Below, piece after piece: positions 28,483 to 41,300 of a stretch of 64,000 bases of DNA; the first letter of the stretch is position 1; each line of letters opens with the position of its first letter. The DNA is taken from positions 1,225,750 through 1,289,749 of the forward strand of contig RHPI01003156.1 of the NCBI GenBank assembly GCA_009103225.1. The letters run 5' to 3'. The position numbers were made by a program, and so were the translations under genes. The notes under the pieces are model-generated. The model worked only from the letters and a program-made list of their open reading frames with translations, did not search any database and was not told where the DNA came from. This DNA comes from Chlorokybus atmophyticus. Taxonomy: Eukaryota > Plantae > Mesostigma and Chlorokybus algae.

Positions 28483-29402
28483 TGGTGCTGGCTTAGTTGT
28501 GTAATAAGCACCAGGTTGCCGTGCAATTAACAGCAGACTACAGCAGCTGCCTCAAGCGGCTCTCACACTGAAGGCACACAGCAAGATGGTTAGCCAGACT
28601 CTAAGGAGAACCACTGTGATAACCGCAGGAGAAAGAGTTCCTATGACTGCTGTGCTTGCAACAGCCAAAGCGACACATGCAGCACTGCATAAAGGCTCGC
28701 ATGCGTGCAACGAACACAATTCTGCTAGAGAGCAGCGCTATCAGCATGATCTTAGGTAACCACAGGAGTCATTCCAAATGGCATGAGGAAAGAAACACGG
28801 CGAACTGAGCTTAACGGCTGACGTTCCCCCGCAAACTAACAGCAGCTGACACATATGTGAGTAAAGAAGGAGGTAGAAGTGACACCTAGCAGCTAGCAGC
28901 TTGCACCTTTGGCCAGTCGGACAAGTCAGCCAGCATTCAGTCAGGCCAGCAAAGTGCTGTATGGTGCAGACAACCTACAATTTTTAGATGTAGAACGAAA
29001 ACCACCTACTGCCAATTGCACAGCAGCACACAACTACCTTGAAACGGCAGCAGCAACCTTTCCGCAAGCTCGCATTTCACGCGGACCGCAGCTTCGTCCG
29101 CTTCAGGGGGGCAACCAGAAGCATAGCAGCGCCCGCTTCCTTAACCGAGAGCCCCGTTGCTCCGCCGCCCCTCGACAACGCCGACGACGCCGACGACAAC
29201 ACCGCTACCAACAACCTCAGCGACACCGGCAACAAACCCTAGGAGGTATGACAACGGCAAACGGCTGGCCCAGTGATGAGATTTAACTGCAGTTGAGTAC
29301 ACTAGAGCACAGAGCGTAGCAGCATGGACGAGCTGTAACGGGACGGAGGTATGCAACTCGAACGGTCGCCGTTATAGACACAACCAGAAGCACAGGCCGG
29401 AC

Positions 29403-32232
29403 ATGGTGGCGGCGGCGGCCGCGGATGGAGGATTTCCTTACCGAGAAGCTGCTATAGGTAGGGTTCTGTCGTCCTATCGTTCTGCGTTTCTATTCAGGCT
29501 TTTGGCGGCTCGCTTGCTGCAGAATGCAATCAGGAGTTCGCACTGTCCGCCGTGGTGTAGTTGCATGCATGCATGTCGTGTGCAGTGCAGCTGGCAGCTG
29601 TCTTTCACCGCATATACAAAGTCTTCGGCATTCAGCGTTGCAGCAAATTGAAGTTAAGATGTAATTTTCACTCCCTGTTCCAGAACCAAGCAGTGCGTGA
29701 ATAAGGTTGCATGCCAGTTTATTCAACCTTAACCTGACCATCTCAACCTGCAAGACAAGAACTTCGACAGCTGGACACGTGCTATTCAGTCAGCTTATCC
29801 AGCGCCAATAATTTGAGCTGAATGCAAGTGGGACGAACAGCTTGGGTCCAGATGTGAAGACATGTTTTCAAAACTCACCATGCAAACTACCTTCCTCCAC
29901 ACTGTGTAACTGTTGATGGTTGTTCACGGGCCAGGCTTCATCGTATTGGTGTACTTGTTGGAGTCCTACTTGGAACTCCGCCAGCACCGCAAGCTGCGGG
30001 ACGGCCGCACCCTCCCGCCACAGCTGCGAGGCATTGTGTCCGAGGAGAAGTTTGCCAAGTCTCGCGCTTACGGCCTTGACAAGAGGTGAATTGACTTGGC
30101 ATCTGCACACGCTGCGCACTCGGACACTCGCCCGCATATGCACAGACATTCGCAGAAGGGCACGGACGCATGGGTTTAGTGTGCTGTGTGTTGATGAATA
30201 CTGCCACCTGGTTCTAACCGCGCATGCATCACAACATGGTATGCTGCAGTACAGTTGGGTGCATGCAGCGGGTTTACCAACACCGTCGCATGTTCTACTA
30301 TCAACTCGTACGAGATTCGGTTGGCACTGCAATCTACAATTAAAGCCGCCATACCCGAGTCTGTTGTTCAGGTTTCATTGACTCATTCCAATTCTTCCAT
30401 TCGCAGTCGCCTCAGCATTGCGCACGAGGCCTACTCGCTCGTCGAGAACATCGTGCTGATTTACTACCTCCCACATCTTTGGAACCTCTCAGCAAGCGTG
30501 CTCGCGCGGTTTGGATATACTGGTTACCATGAGGTTCTTCAGTCTGTGGTGTTCCTCGGCATCACGCAAGTTCTGGAAACGGTGAGGTGACAGCAACGCT
30601 TGCATGGAAGCAAGCCAACATCGTGTGTTTTATCGTGACACTCATGCGTGTGCTGGTGTCACAGATCAGCGAGTTGCCATGGAGCGTGTACTCTACGTTT
30701 GTGGTGGAGCAACGGCACGGATTCAACAAGCAGACGGTGCGCCTATTCGTTATGGATATCATCAAGTCCCTGCTGCTGATGGCGATACTCATGCCGCCCA
30801 TCGCGGCCACCGCGATAACCATTGTCAACCGCACGGGCCCATACTTTGTGCTGTACCTGTGGCTCTTCGTGCTCGCGCTCACGCTTGTGGCAATGACCAT
30901 CTACCCAGTTTTGATCGCGCCGCTGTTTAACAAGTTTACACCACTGCAGGTATGCTGTGAGTTGGCTTCATACACACTGCATGGATACATGCATTGGCGC
31001 ATACAAGGGTTGCATATGTACATACACAGGGCACAATACTGTGCAATTGCGTGCAGTCTTTGTACAGTTGTACAGTTGTAATCACTGTCTCATGTAGTGA
31101 GTGTATTCGTGTGTGGTTATCAGGAAGGCAGTCTGAGGTTGAAGATAGAGGCGCTGGCGGCCTCGCTGAAGTTTCCACTGCGGAAGCTGTTTGTGGTGGA
31201 CGGGTCTACCCGCTCGTCGCACAGCAACGCTTACATGTATGGCTTCTTCAATAACAAGCGCATCGTGTTATACGACACGCTCATTGTGCAGGCAAGTCAT
31301 AGCTTCAGAGCCGCATTGCATTGCAGCAAGAGCGACAGCAAATTATAACCATGTTGCTCGCTTGCTGAACAACATAACTCGTGGGTTCTCCTGGGCAGGC
31401 TGAACATGAAGAGGACATTGTCGCTGTCATAGCGCACGAGTTGGGTCACTGGAAGCTGAGGCACACAGTGTATCTGTTCCTCTCAAGCCAGGTACAAGGT
31501 TACACATACAACTCGGTCTTCATGCCATGGCAAGCTGGTCATTGTGGAGAGCTCTGACACACCAAGTCAGCATCCTTATAGTTGCGTGCCTCCTTCAGGT
31601 GTTGGTGCTCACCCAGTTTGGAGGGTTCGCCGCCGTTCGTGGTTGGACCGCCCTGTTTAGAAGTTTCGGGTTTGTCGGTGACCGCCGGCCCGTCATCATC
31701 GGGTTCCAGCTGTATTCGCTCATCATTGGGCCGCTCCTCAAGCTGGTCACATTCGCAACGGTGAGATTGCATCTGCTTTTGCGTTGCACAGACTTGGTCG
31801 CGCAAGACTTCTGTACTAAATACAAAGAACATCTGCATGTGTATGCACACTGGCACACATGCGTGCAATTATGCACGCGCACACACGCGAGTATGCTCGC
31901 ACCAACATACCCACATGCCTGTGCCTGTGGGTGCGCGTCAAGATGGATGGTGAACTTGATAGACTATGAACTTGCGTACCGCGAAGAATGGTTGAGACAC
32001 GTGTGGGCGTGTTGTGCAGAATGCCGTGAGCAGAGCGTTTGAGTATCAGGCGGATGCTTTCGCAAAGGGTTTGGGGTATAGCGAGCAGCTTCAACGCGGG
32101 TTGATAAAGCTGCAAGAAGAGAACTTGTCCACCATGAACGTGGACGAGTGGTACTCTACTTACCACCACTCCCATCCGACGCTGGTGCAGCGGCTGGCGG
32201 CATTGCAAAGCGCTGAGAAAAAAGTGCAGTAA
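29403..32232 (+). CDS. STE24: CAAX prenyl protease 1 (STE24/FACE-1/ZMPSTE24, peptidase M48), 8 exons
   Basis: Exons 29403-29457, 29935-30085, 30407-30581, 30665-30949, 31124-31291, 31399-31491, 31599-31760 and 32020-32232. Motifs [29 protein letters not shown], zinc site [18 protein letters not shown] and [11 protein letters not shown]. Confidence 0.96.
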
Positions 32233-33412
32233 CCAGTTGTAGCAGTAGTGTTCGTACACAGAGTTGTGTTCGAATGGACTAGTGAGTGTTTGCGTTGATT
32301 GTCGGCTGCTGTTTGCACAGACTGGATTCCTGGTTCAGATGGTGGTTGTGTAAGCAAACCATTGATACAGCAATTACTGGTTACTGTACACTCTCAGATG
32401 GCATGTCCAGCAGTCCATGCGCAGAGGTGGAATGCCATCAATGCCTGTATTCATGGCTTGTTGCTGACGGGAGAAGAGACAGAGCTATGAGAAAATGAAC
32501 ATAAATCACATGTCCAAGTTGCTGTTTTCTTAATATCGAACTGTGCCATGATATGTGTGTTTCATGGCTTACTAGCTTGTTAGCTACACAGATTGTTGCC
32601 CACAGATCTGTGTAGCTCAAAGTTACCATCGTTCATTTGTTGAGGAGCAAAAGGTATCACAAAGAGTGACCAGTGTTGTAAATATGCGTATATCTCAACT
32701 ACATGCAAAAACAGCATCTGAACGTGCAAGCAGAGGTTTTGATGTCCATCTTTACCGCTAACACCCTTTGCCACCAGGTGCAATGCGACAAACTTACCAC
32801 ACGAAAGCAATTAGCAACTGCTCATGTATACAAGGGCGAGGGGAAGAGTGGGTGTTTAGTCAATGTCAGCAGAAATTCGTTATCATAGATAGTTGCTCAG
32901 AACATTGGCGCAATGCACATGGCAAACACATGGTATTATCCGTGAGTCCCAGTTGGCAAGTTATTGCAACACCACGAGCAATATATGTATATATTGTGCC
33001 TTACGCCGACGTGCTGAATATCAAGTTTGTGGAGGTATAAGTGCAGCTAAAAACAATTACATGCAACATTATATTCGCAAATGCTTAGGCAGAGACTGTA
33101 GCAAATCCGATGTTGACATGCATGCATGCTGCTATACACAGTCAAGACAGTCAACACACTACTGCATGTGACAAGGCAAGGTTAATATCAACCAGCCTCT
33201 TGTACAACTACGTACACACCAAGACCGATTTGGCGGGTTAAACTCAGAAGTACTTTTTAGCCATTGCCAAATCCTATCTGCTCTGCCTATGTACACAAGG
33301 AAAGGGTAAGAAATGTGATACTGCCAGCTACAAACCTCTTTTGGCTAACACCATCTGTACAGTATACACATACGCCACTTGCCAGCAGCCAACTACGGTA
33401 GTGGCGGCTGGT

Positions 33413-36400
33413 TTAATATCCGCTCTTGGTGGGGGCATACTCATCAAAATGAGTGCCCGGTGGGTCGAGGATGCCGGGTCCAACATTCACTACGCGCTCA
33501 CTGCCGGGAACAACATGCGCAGCTGTGGGCTGGCCAAAGTGCCACAGCGATGAAGATGGGACAGTGGCAGCCATAGGTGACGTTGTGGGAGAGGTGGAAG
33601 GAGCCACAGCCAGATGGGCATGACGCGTGTCAAGCTTGTTGTACAGTGTCTGCGACAAGAGGACAGGAGTGTAAGAAGGGTTACACACAAACGTGTGCAC
33701 TTTTCGAAAACATGGCATAAACGAGTAAGCCACATACCGTTGGGTCGTGTATGATGACTCCAGCGTTCTTGCCCAAGGTGCGGATGTACATGAGAGCGGC
33801 ATTTCGCTCAGCAGCTGAGTGGAATTTCAGCACTGCCGCCAAGGTTGCGTTCATGCGAATGAACAGGGAGTGGGTCGCATCCAGCGAGGAGGAACGCATA
33901 CCACAGAGCTGCGCAGGCAGTCACAGTCACAGTCAGCAAACCTATGCGTGTGCATGTACACATGTTGGGGACAGGCACTAAGAAACCATCCAGACACGCA
34001 CCAGCATGGCGTTGCTGTAGGGGTCCTGCATGACTGTCATGCCTGCCTTGGAAACTCTAACGCCTTCGGGCAGCACTTCAAGCACATGCTCCACCAACAC
34101 ATCTTGCTCAGGGACGAGATTCACCTCGAGCAAATTGACAGGGAAGCTTGAGCCGCTCAAATTGGTCGCCAGCCGCGCAACATCTGCCTCTGTTGTCGCG
34201 CTGAACTTCACAGGCTCTTGTGCAGATATCACAAACCTGCAGGCACATGCCAGTTTCAGACGAGCTCAATGCCAGCAAATGCCAAGAGGTCACCGAACAG
34301 GTCAGAAGGCTTACGTTGGGCCATCAGGCGTGGCAACATCAGCGCGAAGAATGGAACCAACATCGTTCGGCTCAGGCGCGTAGGAGGGCCCATCGGCGCC
34401 ATCCAGGATGTGAACAGTCCCATCACCCATCACGCGGCTCCACTGCGTGCGCCAACCTGGTGTGGGCGCTCCTGACTTGACTGTCACCAAGCAGCCGAGT
34501 TCTAGCCCGTTTGCCTCAGTCACCTCAAACACAAGGGTCTGAGCCTGCAGCAGTAGCCAAGAAGTGTGTTACTAGCAGGTTGCAACAGTAGCAGTTAGCA
34601 GTGCTGTTACTACAAGACCACCGCTTACAGGTGTCATGTGTGTTGTTGGCAGTGTCTCGGGTACCAGGCTTGCAGCTTCTTCGGGAACGGTTGGCTTTGC
34701 AGCCTCATATGACGGCAAGCCTGCTCCAGCTGTGAGCGCAGCACCATCTGGTCCCGCCACCAAGCCAGTCTCTGCCAGTCCTGAACAGTTGTGCAACAAC
34801 GCGTTTAGACTCTCATGCAGGAAACGCTTGAACCACAGTTGACTTACTCTCCTTTAGGCAGACACAAATGCGCAACAATCCACATGGCTACCTTGAGGAA
34901 TGACACCATGAGTATCGGACACGCTCTCTGGCAGGATTTCACTGGTGCGGGCGACCACAGGTGATGTGCTTGAGGTGATGGGTGTTGCACTTGTGGCATA
35001 GGGACTGACATAGGTACCAGTCTGCTCAGTGGTGGTGAAGTGTTCACCAGTTGCTGCATAGGGATCGCTGGTGACGCTTGTGGGCTGGTCACTGGCCAAC
35101 TCGTGGCCAGCAACAGCTCCAAGGGAACCGCCACCGAGCGCCGCAGCACCATACTTGGCACCATCACGATCGGTTGACTCATACTGGGTATCCTGTTCGG
35201 TGGTGTGATGACCCGAGAGCATGTCCTTCACCTTAGTGAACATTCCGGGCTTCTCGGTGCTTGTGGTTGAGTCGTATGCAGCGGGCTGAGCCGTGCCGGT
35301 CTGGGTGTGATGCTGACCTGGCAGCATCTCCTTCACTTTCTCAAGCATTCCAGGCTTCTCTGAGGTGGCAGTGGGTCCTGCAATGTAACCGGAGTTGTCG
35401 GTGTCAGTCAGTGCATGGCCGGCATAGGCACCAAGAGCCCCGGCACCCAATGCTGCGGCACCGAGCTTGGCCTTGGAATGCTCCTCCTGGCGCGGGTCAG
35501 TGGCAACCTCGTAGGGCTCATGGCCTGCAGAAGCGGAGATGGGTGCACCACCACCGATGTAGCCTTCCCTGTTCGGGTCTTGCTCGCGAAACTTGGACAA
35601 GTCGACTTCAGTTGCACCATAACCACCAACAGCACCGGGTTCAAGAGCAGACCCGACAGCTGGCTGCACACCTCCCATGCCGCTGCGCTCTTCCTGGACA
35701 AGGTTTTTGTCATGTGCGGGGATTGAGGCATCATAGCCGCTGGATGGCATGCCACTGCTTGGGACCTCGTTATCCTGGCCTGTAAGAGCATCGTAGGGCG
35801 CAGGGAACAGCTTGGACAGTGGATTGGAGGTTTGACGGTCATTGACGGTAGTGTCATATGAGGCAGCAGCAGGAGTCGTGTCGTGGCCAATGATGCCAGT
35901 GTCTCTGGGTACCACCTTGCCACCCTCAAGAACGTTGTAAGCAGCAGCGGGAGCATCAGACATGTGGCTTGCTCCAGTGTACGCTACTGGAGCTGCGGCT
36001 GATGTTGGTTGCTGGGTGGTTGTGTACATGGGTGGCGTGTCTGACTCAATAACAACTGGGTGCACTCGCACCTGTTGTGTGCAACAGCACAAGTCAGTAA
36101 AGCAAAATGCATAAGCTGCCAAGCAATGGCACAGATGGACTTGGGCTTACTTGTATCTTGTCGTCGCCGGTGGTCACAGTGTGGTCTCTTACATGCAGCA
36201 TCTGTGGAATTGCAGCCACCACTGGCAGGTTGATGTCCCTTTGTGCAAGTCCTGCGTCATTAACAACCCCATCTCCAAGGGTAGGTTGGTAGCCCTCGGT
36301 GTAGCCGGTGCCACGGTCAAATTGAGAAACTGGCTCAATTGGGGTGGCAACAACACCGCCTCCAAGGGTAGGCTGGTAGCCTTCGGTGTAGCCAGTGCCG

Positions 36401-37529
36401 CGGTCGAATTGAGGGACTGGCTCAGTTGGGGTGAAGCTGATGTCGCTGACATTGGTGACATCAGTTGGGTATCCAGATTCGCGGCCGACTTGGGCGCTGG
36501 TATAGTCCGGTGTTGCACCACTGGCAGGCTGCCCTGCAATGGAACTGTAGTCGCGTGCAGCAGTTGCAGCGTCAGTGCCCATGGGAATGGTTCCCGACGT
36601 GCTCAAGTCCACATTCTTGCTGCTTGCGTCAGCAGTAGGCACCTCACTGCCAGCTGTTGTGCCATAGCCGCGAGCAACAGAACTTTCATCGTCGGTGCTG
36701 GTTGACTTCTGTCCGAGGGGATTGCCTTCGGGGATTGGGGCGGTCAGGTACTCCTTGGCCTGCTGCAGAAGACCCGGCTTGGCTTCAGTTGTTGATGTTG
36801 GCGACGTGCCAGCAATATATTCCTTGGCTTGCTGAAGCAGGCCTGGCTTGGCAGCATCCTGCATGCCAGAGGTGTCGCTGCTGAGTTCGCTTGTTGTCTG
36901 GTCAGAAGGCGTCGTGCCAGTGACATACTCCTTGGCTTGTTGGAGCAGGCTTGGCTTGGTAGCCTCCGGATGTAAACTGCTGGTGTTGTCACCAGACACA
37001 CCTGACCCTGCAGACAAGGATGCTGATTGAGCAGTTGGAGGTGCTTGGCATTGTGTGCAAAACGGAGTAGAAATGCCAACAGCCGGCTGTGGCACCAACA
37101 CAGACATACCTTGTTCTGTTGTCGGGTGCTCCCCTGCAACGTAAGCCTTGGCAGAAGCTGCCACTTGCTGTATCTGCTCAAGGGCAGCAAAAGCAACATT
37201 CTTGGCAGCTTCCACTGGGGAGACGCCACCGGCAACGCCTCCTGCAGCCGTCTTGACATGACCAGCCTCAGCTTGAGTGGGCTGCGGGATGTAGTCGCTG
37301 CCGGCTGGGGCGTCATACCGAGCAGGTGCCTCAGTGACAACTGTGAAGCCCCAACCAGACAATGATGTTAGTGCAAGTTGACCCTCAAATCACTCACTGC
37401 GAGCAGCTTTGCAACTAAGCAGTGTGTGCGCATGTTACTCCAAATGCCAACTAGCTGCATTTCAAGGCTGCACTAACCTTCCTCAGGTCCTCCAAATCCC
37501 TCTCGCGTCCTCCATGTCGTATCCTCCAT
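33413..37529 (-). CDS. ~1148-aa protein: long LEA/dehydrin-like low-complexity region with K-segment-like repeats fused to a SCAB-type Ig-PH module; 8 exons
   Basis: Exons 37478-37529, 36151-37340, 34892-36071, 34629-34780, 34315-34544, 34002-34236, 33738-33908 and 33413-33649; all are GT-AG and phase-consistent. SCAB-like QWSRV...GADGPSYAPEPNDVGSILRAD and LCGMR...VLKFHSAAERNAALMYIR. K-like EKPGMLEKVKEMLPG. Confidence 0.85.
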
Positions 37530-38359
37530 GCTGCTCAGCTGGACTACTAGATCAAACCACTGCACAGATTACGCACAGATCACGTACAGAACGCTTCCTC
37601 CCAAATATGCTGTCGCGTTTCCGCTCTCTCTGCTATCTGCAAAGCCGAGCAGCAAGCTGTGAGATGACACGACATGCGCTAACTATCAACATACCAGATG
37701 GACCATGCAACAAGTACAGCCACAGCGTAAGACAACTAACAGGCGCAAGACTGTGCTGTGCGCACACCCATACACACGCACGTACCATCATACATGCATG
37801 CACAAGCCAGCCCAATACCAGTTCTGTCATAACAACAGACACCAGGACACCCGCCCATACCACACACCAACCAGGTTAACCAGGCCACACTCACCTTGCA
37901 ACAATCGCCGCGTCCAACTATTGCCTCAACTTACGCTTTGCAGCGGAGCGCAATGCCACTGCTTATGTACACAACCCTCAACTTTCAGGAAATCCTACTA
38001 GATTGTATGGACCTCGAGAGCCTCGACTTGAAGCGTCGGTTCAGCGTGGGTTCCCCAACAAAGTTTGCTTGGAAAACCGCACAAACCCTGTCGCGGACCT
38101 CGAAACCGAGTTCGTGGGATCAGCACGGAAACTCAACGTCGTGATTCTGTCAGCTTGCGGATTGAGTCAGGACCGGAGGCCGGTTCGAGAATGTCTATAA
38201 CCGGTAGTGACCTGCACAGAAGGGTGGACTGATTGTTGAGGACCGGCCCAAGAATCAATGCCAATCGGACTTTCAGCGTGTTCGACGCGTCGATCTGCGG
38301 ACGTGGCAGACGAGCCTAGCCAGGCGAGTTCCGCGCCGAAATTCGAGAGCGAAACCGTT

Positions 38360-38398
38360 CATGGGCCATGGATCATGGGCCATGATTCATGGGCCATG
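38360..38398. promoter_or_regulatory. Three tandem palindromic CATGGGCCATG units (14-bp period) containing site II-like TGGGCC
   Basis: Copies at 38360-38370, 38374-38384 and 38388-38398, upstream of the dehydrin-SCAB gene. The repeat is seen directly; function is inferred. Confidence 0.45.
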
Positions 38399-41300
38399 CT
38401 TGATGAGTCTTAAATTGTTCAAGAATTCTGTTCAAGTTGATCATGATCCTTAAGGGCCATGATCGCCGGCGGGATGGCTTACAGAAGCAAATCACTGATT
38501 CTGGTGACACTGACATGCTGACTTACTGTGTTCCATCTCGCGTCTTTTGTGAGTCAGAATGACACACTATGTGTCACATAGCTTGATAAGCCTCACATGT
38601 CATTGATCAAGCACTTAAGGTAAAGCACATATGAGGGGAAAAGGGGATAAACTCTTAAGCAAGGTTTATGCTGCAGGTTAACATCTTATATTGATTGTGA
38701 TTGATATAAAGGTAAATTTTTTGACTGCTTCAAATCTGTGATTAAGTGATTGCTTTTAACATCTGTGATTTTGTTTCCCCATTAAAACAACAGCATTTCA
38801 CGAACTTGCTTAGTTTGTCATGCGATAAGTGGAAACATATAAAGGTCATTGTTAACATGCGTATGTGGCCAACTAGTATCAGTGATGCAATTTACAACGA
38901 TCATTGCGAATAGCATTTGCATGCATAAAAGCCTTGCTGTAATCCGTACATTCACCTAATATGACAGTGTTGATTGGGATAAGGGTAACAATGTTGTGTT
39001 TTAAATATGTACGATGCGCACACCTTCAATGTGTTGAATTTGATGGCATGGTCAAGTTGTGTGTCACATGCACAAATAGCTATGTAAATACCTTATCATG
39101 CGAATATGTATTGACAATTTGCCACAAATTGGAATTTGACATTGTACAGATCGTATATGCAATGTATTACGTCTGTGGGATGACCAATAGCAAGGATGCA
39201 AGCCACTTGTGTGCGGCACAGGCAATGTTATAATGTTACAATCCCAATGCCAGCACGAGCCCTGCTGCGTCGGTCGCAGCGTACGGCGTCATTAAAGCCA
39301 ACGAGATAAAGCGGGCAAGGTATCTACTTGCCACATTGATGACCAAGCTGTCTACCAGTGGCTCACACCATGTCAACATGTCAGCAATGTCACCCCTTCA
39401 AAAAGCAAAGGACATGTATTGGATAAAAAGTGTGCTACTTGTCACTTAGCAGCAACCATGCAATGCACACTATATCATGCTCACAACATCACATTGTACA
39501 TAAGTTCGCACTCTAACATAAGTGCGTGTGGGCGTGCATGTGTGAATCCTTGAAGGGTTCAACAGCGGCTATTTGCATATGTCACATACAATATTTACAT
39601 AAGTAAATGTGCATGTGTGCATGTGATACTTTGTGTGCCGCTGCAGTGATGTCTTCTTTTTTTGCGCATGGTTGCATTATAATAGTTCGCACAACATCAC
39701 ATACCGGTATGCCATTTGTTTTGAGGCTAATTATAATGGTTGCCACCTTCCCCCCGCGGCGGCGCCGGGGGNNNNNNNNNNNNNNNNNNNNNNNNNNNNN
39801 NNNNNNNNNNNNNNGGGGGGGGGGGGGGGCTCATATGGTCTCCTGCGTGCGCACATAAGCATTTATAGAAGCACAACAACATCTGAACTTGATTACAATA
39901 GACATATAAGAATTGGAGTACTAGTGTACTAGTGGGAGGACTCCTCCCACTCGGAATACTGGTGTACTAGTGTCACCTGCTCCCATGCGTAATAACGTAC
40001 AACCGTATTACGACTACTACGGACTATGTAGACCGAGCTGCGTGTGGCGAAGCGCATGTGGCAATACGGACAAAGGACTCCCATATCTTACTGCTAACGT
40101 CGACACAGGTGTCGCCAATGTAACCTGCATCATATCCAGCAACACGCACACCCGCCGCCGCCGCCGCCGCCGCCACCGCCACCGCCACCACTACCCTTGC
40201 ATGCCAGAGGCGGGAAACTTGGCCGCCATTCACTGGCTCCGTTGTACCATTATTATGGTACGATCGAGCCATTGCACGTCCAGGGTGAGTCTCTGCATAT
40301 ATATCCTGATTGAACCGTTTCAATGGTACGAAGATGCCTTTGCCAAAAGGTACCATTGAAATAGTACCTTTGTACAGTGGCAATGGCAGTTCGTACCATT
40401 GACAAGCGCTGTGCCTGCGCATGAAAACACCATTGATAGCTCCGCCAAGCTATGCCCTTACAGGGGCGTGATGCCGAGGGTATGTGGCGTTTGTTGGATC
40501 GTTGGCGGCGCTGCCAGGGGCGTAGTGGGCATTGTGGTTCAGGTCCGGGATGAATTCCATGTTCGCACAGGGCGGGCAGGATGCCGGAGGGGTGTCCTCG
40601 GTGTCAAACCCCACCATGCCTACCAAGGGCACAGCCAATGACAACAGTGACTCGGGCGATATCTTACAGGGCTCCCCCTCCGAGTGGGCAAAGGCACACC
40701 AAAATACTGCGTCTAAGAAAATCCGACCCACCAGCAGCTGCGACCACGGCGACATGATTGAAGGGACCAAACAAGAATTGCATAACCAAGGTGGGTTACA
40801 ATGCATTGTCAATGCCACATGCTAGGGTTCTTTTATCTTGCACATGCACAGCTCCAAGTATCTTGCACTTGACATACACTGCCCATACCACATGCACACC
40901 CTCATGCACAACCTCCAGTGTCATGCACATGAACAGCATGACCAATCTCGCAAATGCACAGCCTATTTCTACTTGCGGGAGCTCACAAGTCGCAAAAGAG
41001 AAGCTGCGGAGTACCACGAATGGGTAATCCATGACCTAGTTTAATGTTTCCAGCGGTAATTAAGCAGTATGCTTGCAGATTGCCATGTTGGTCAGAGTGA
41101 ACCGAGAGCAGCGCGGCAGGCTGACTGTCTGCCTGGCGGAGTGCAACAAAGCGGAAGACGAGGTAAGCATGTATGCTGATGGGCTAGTCCTCTGGCAGCA
41201 CGCCACTCTTACAGCATTACCAAATGCAAGTGGTCACTCTCAAAGCGACCATCAAGCGCATGCGCGTGCACGGCGAGGCGCTGACATTCAAGCTGAAGAA

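Noticed and set aside
30255-30371. Frame-preserving 117-nt cassette exon candidate in STE24 intron 2
   Set aside because: It would leave a 35-nt downstream intron, far shorter than other introns here, and the peptide has no STE24 similarity.
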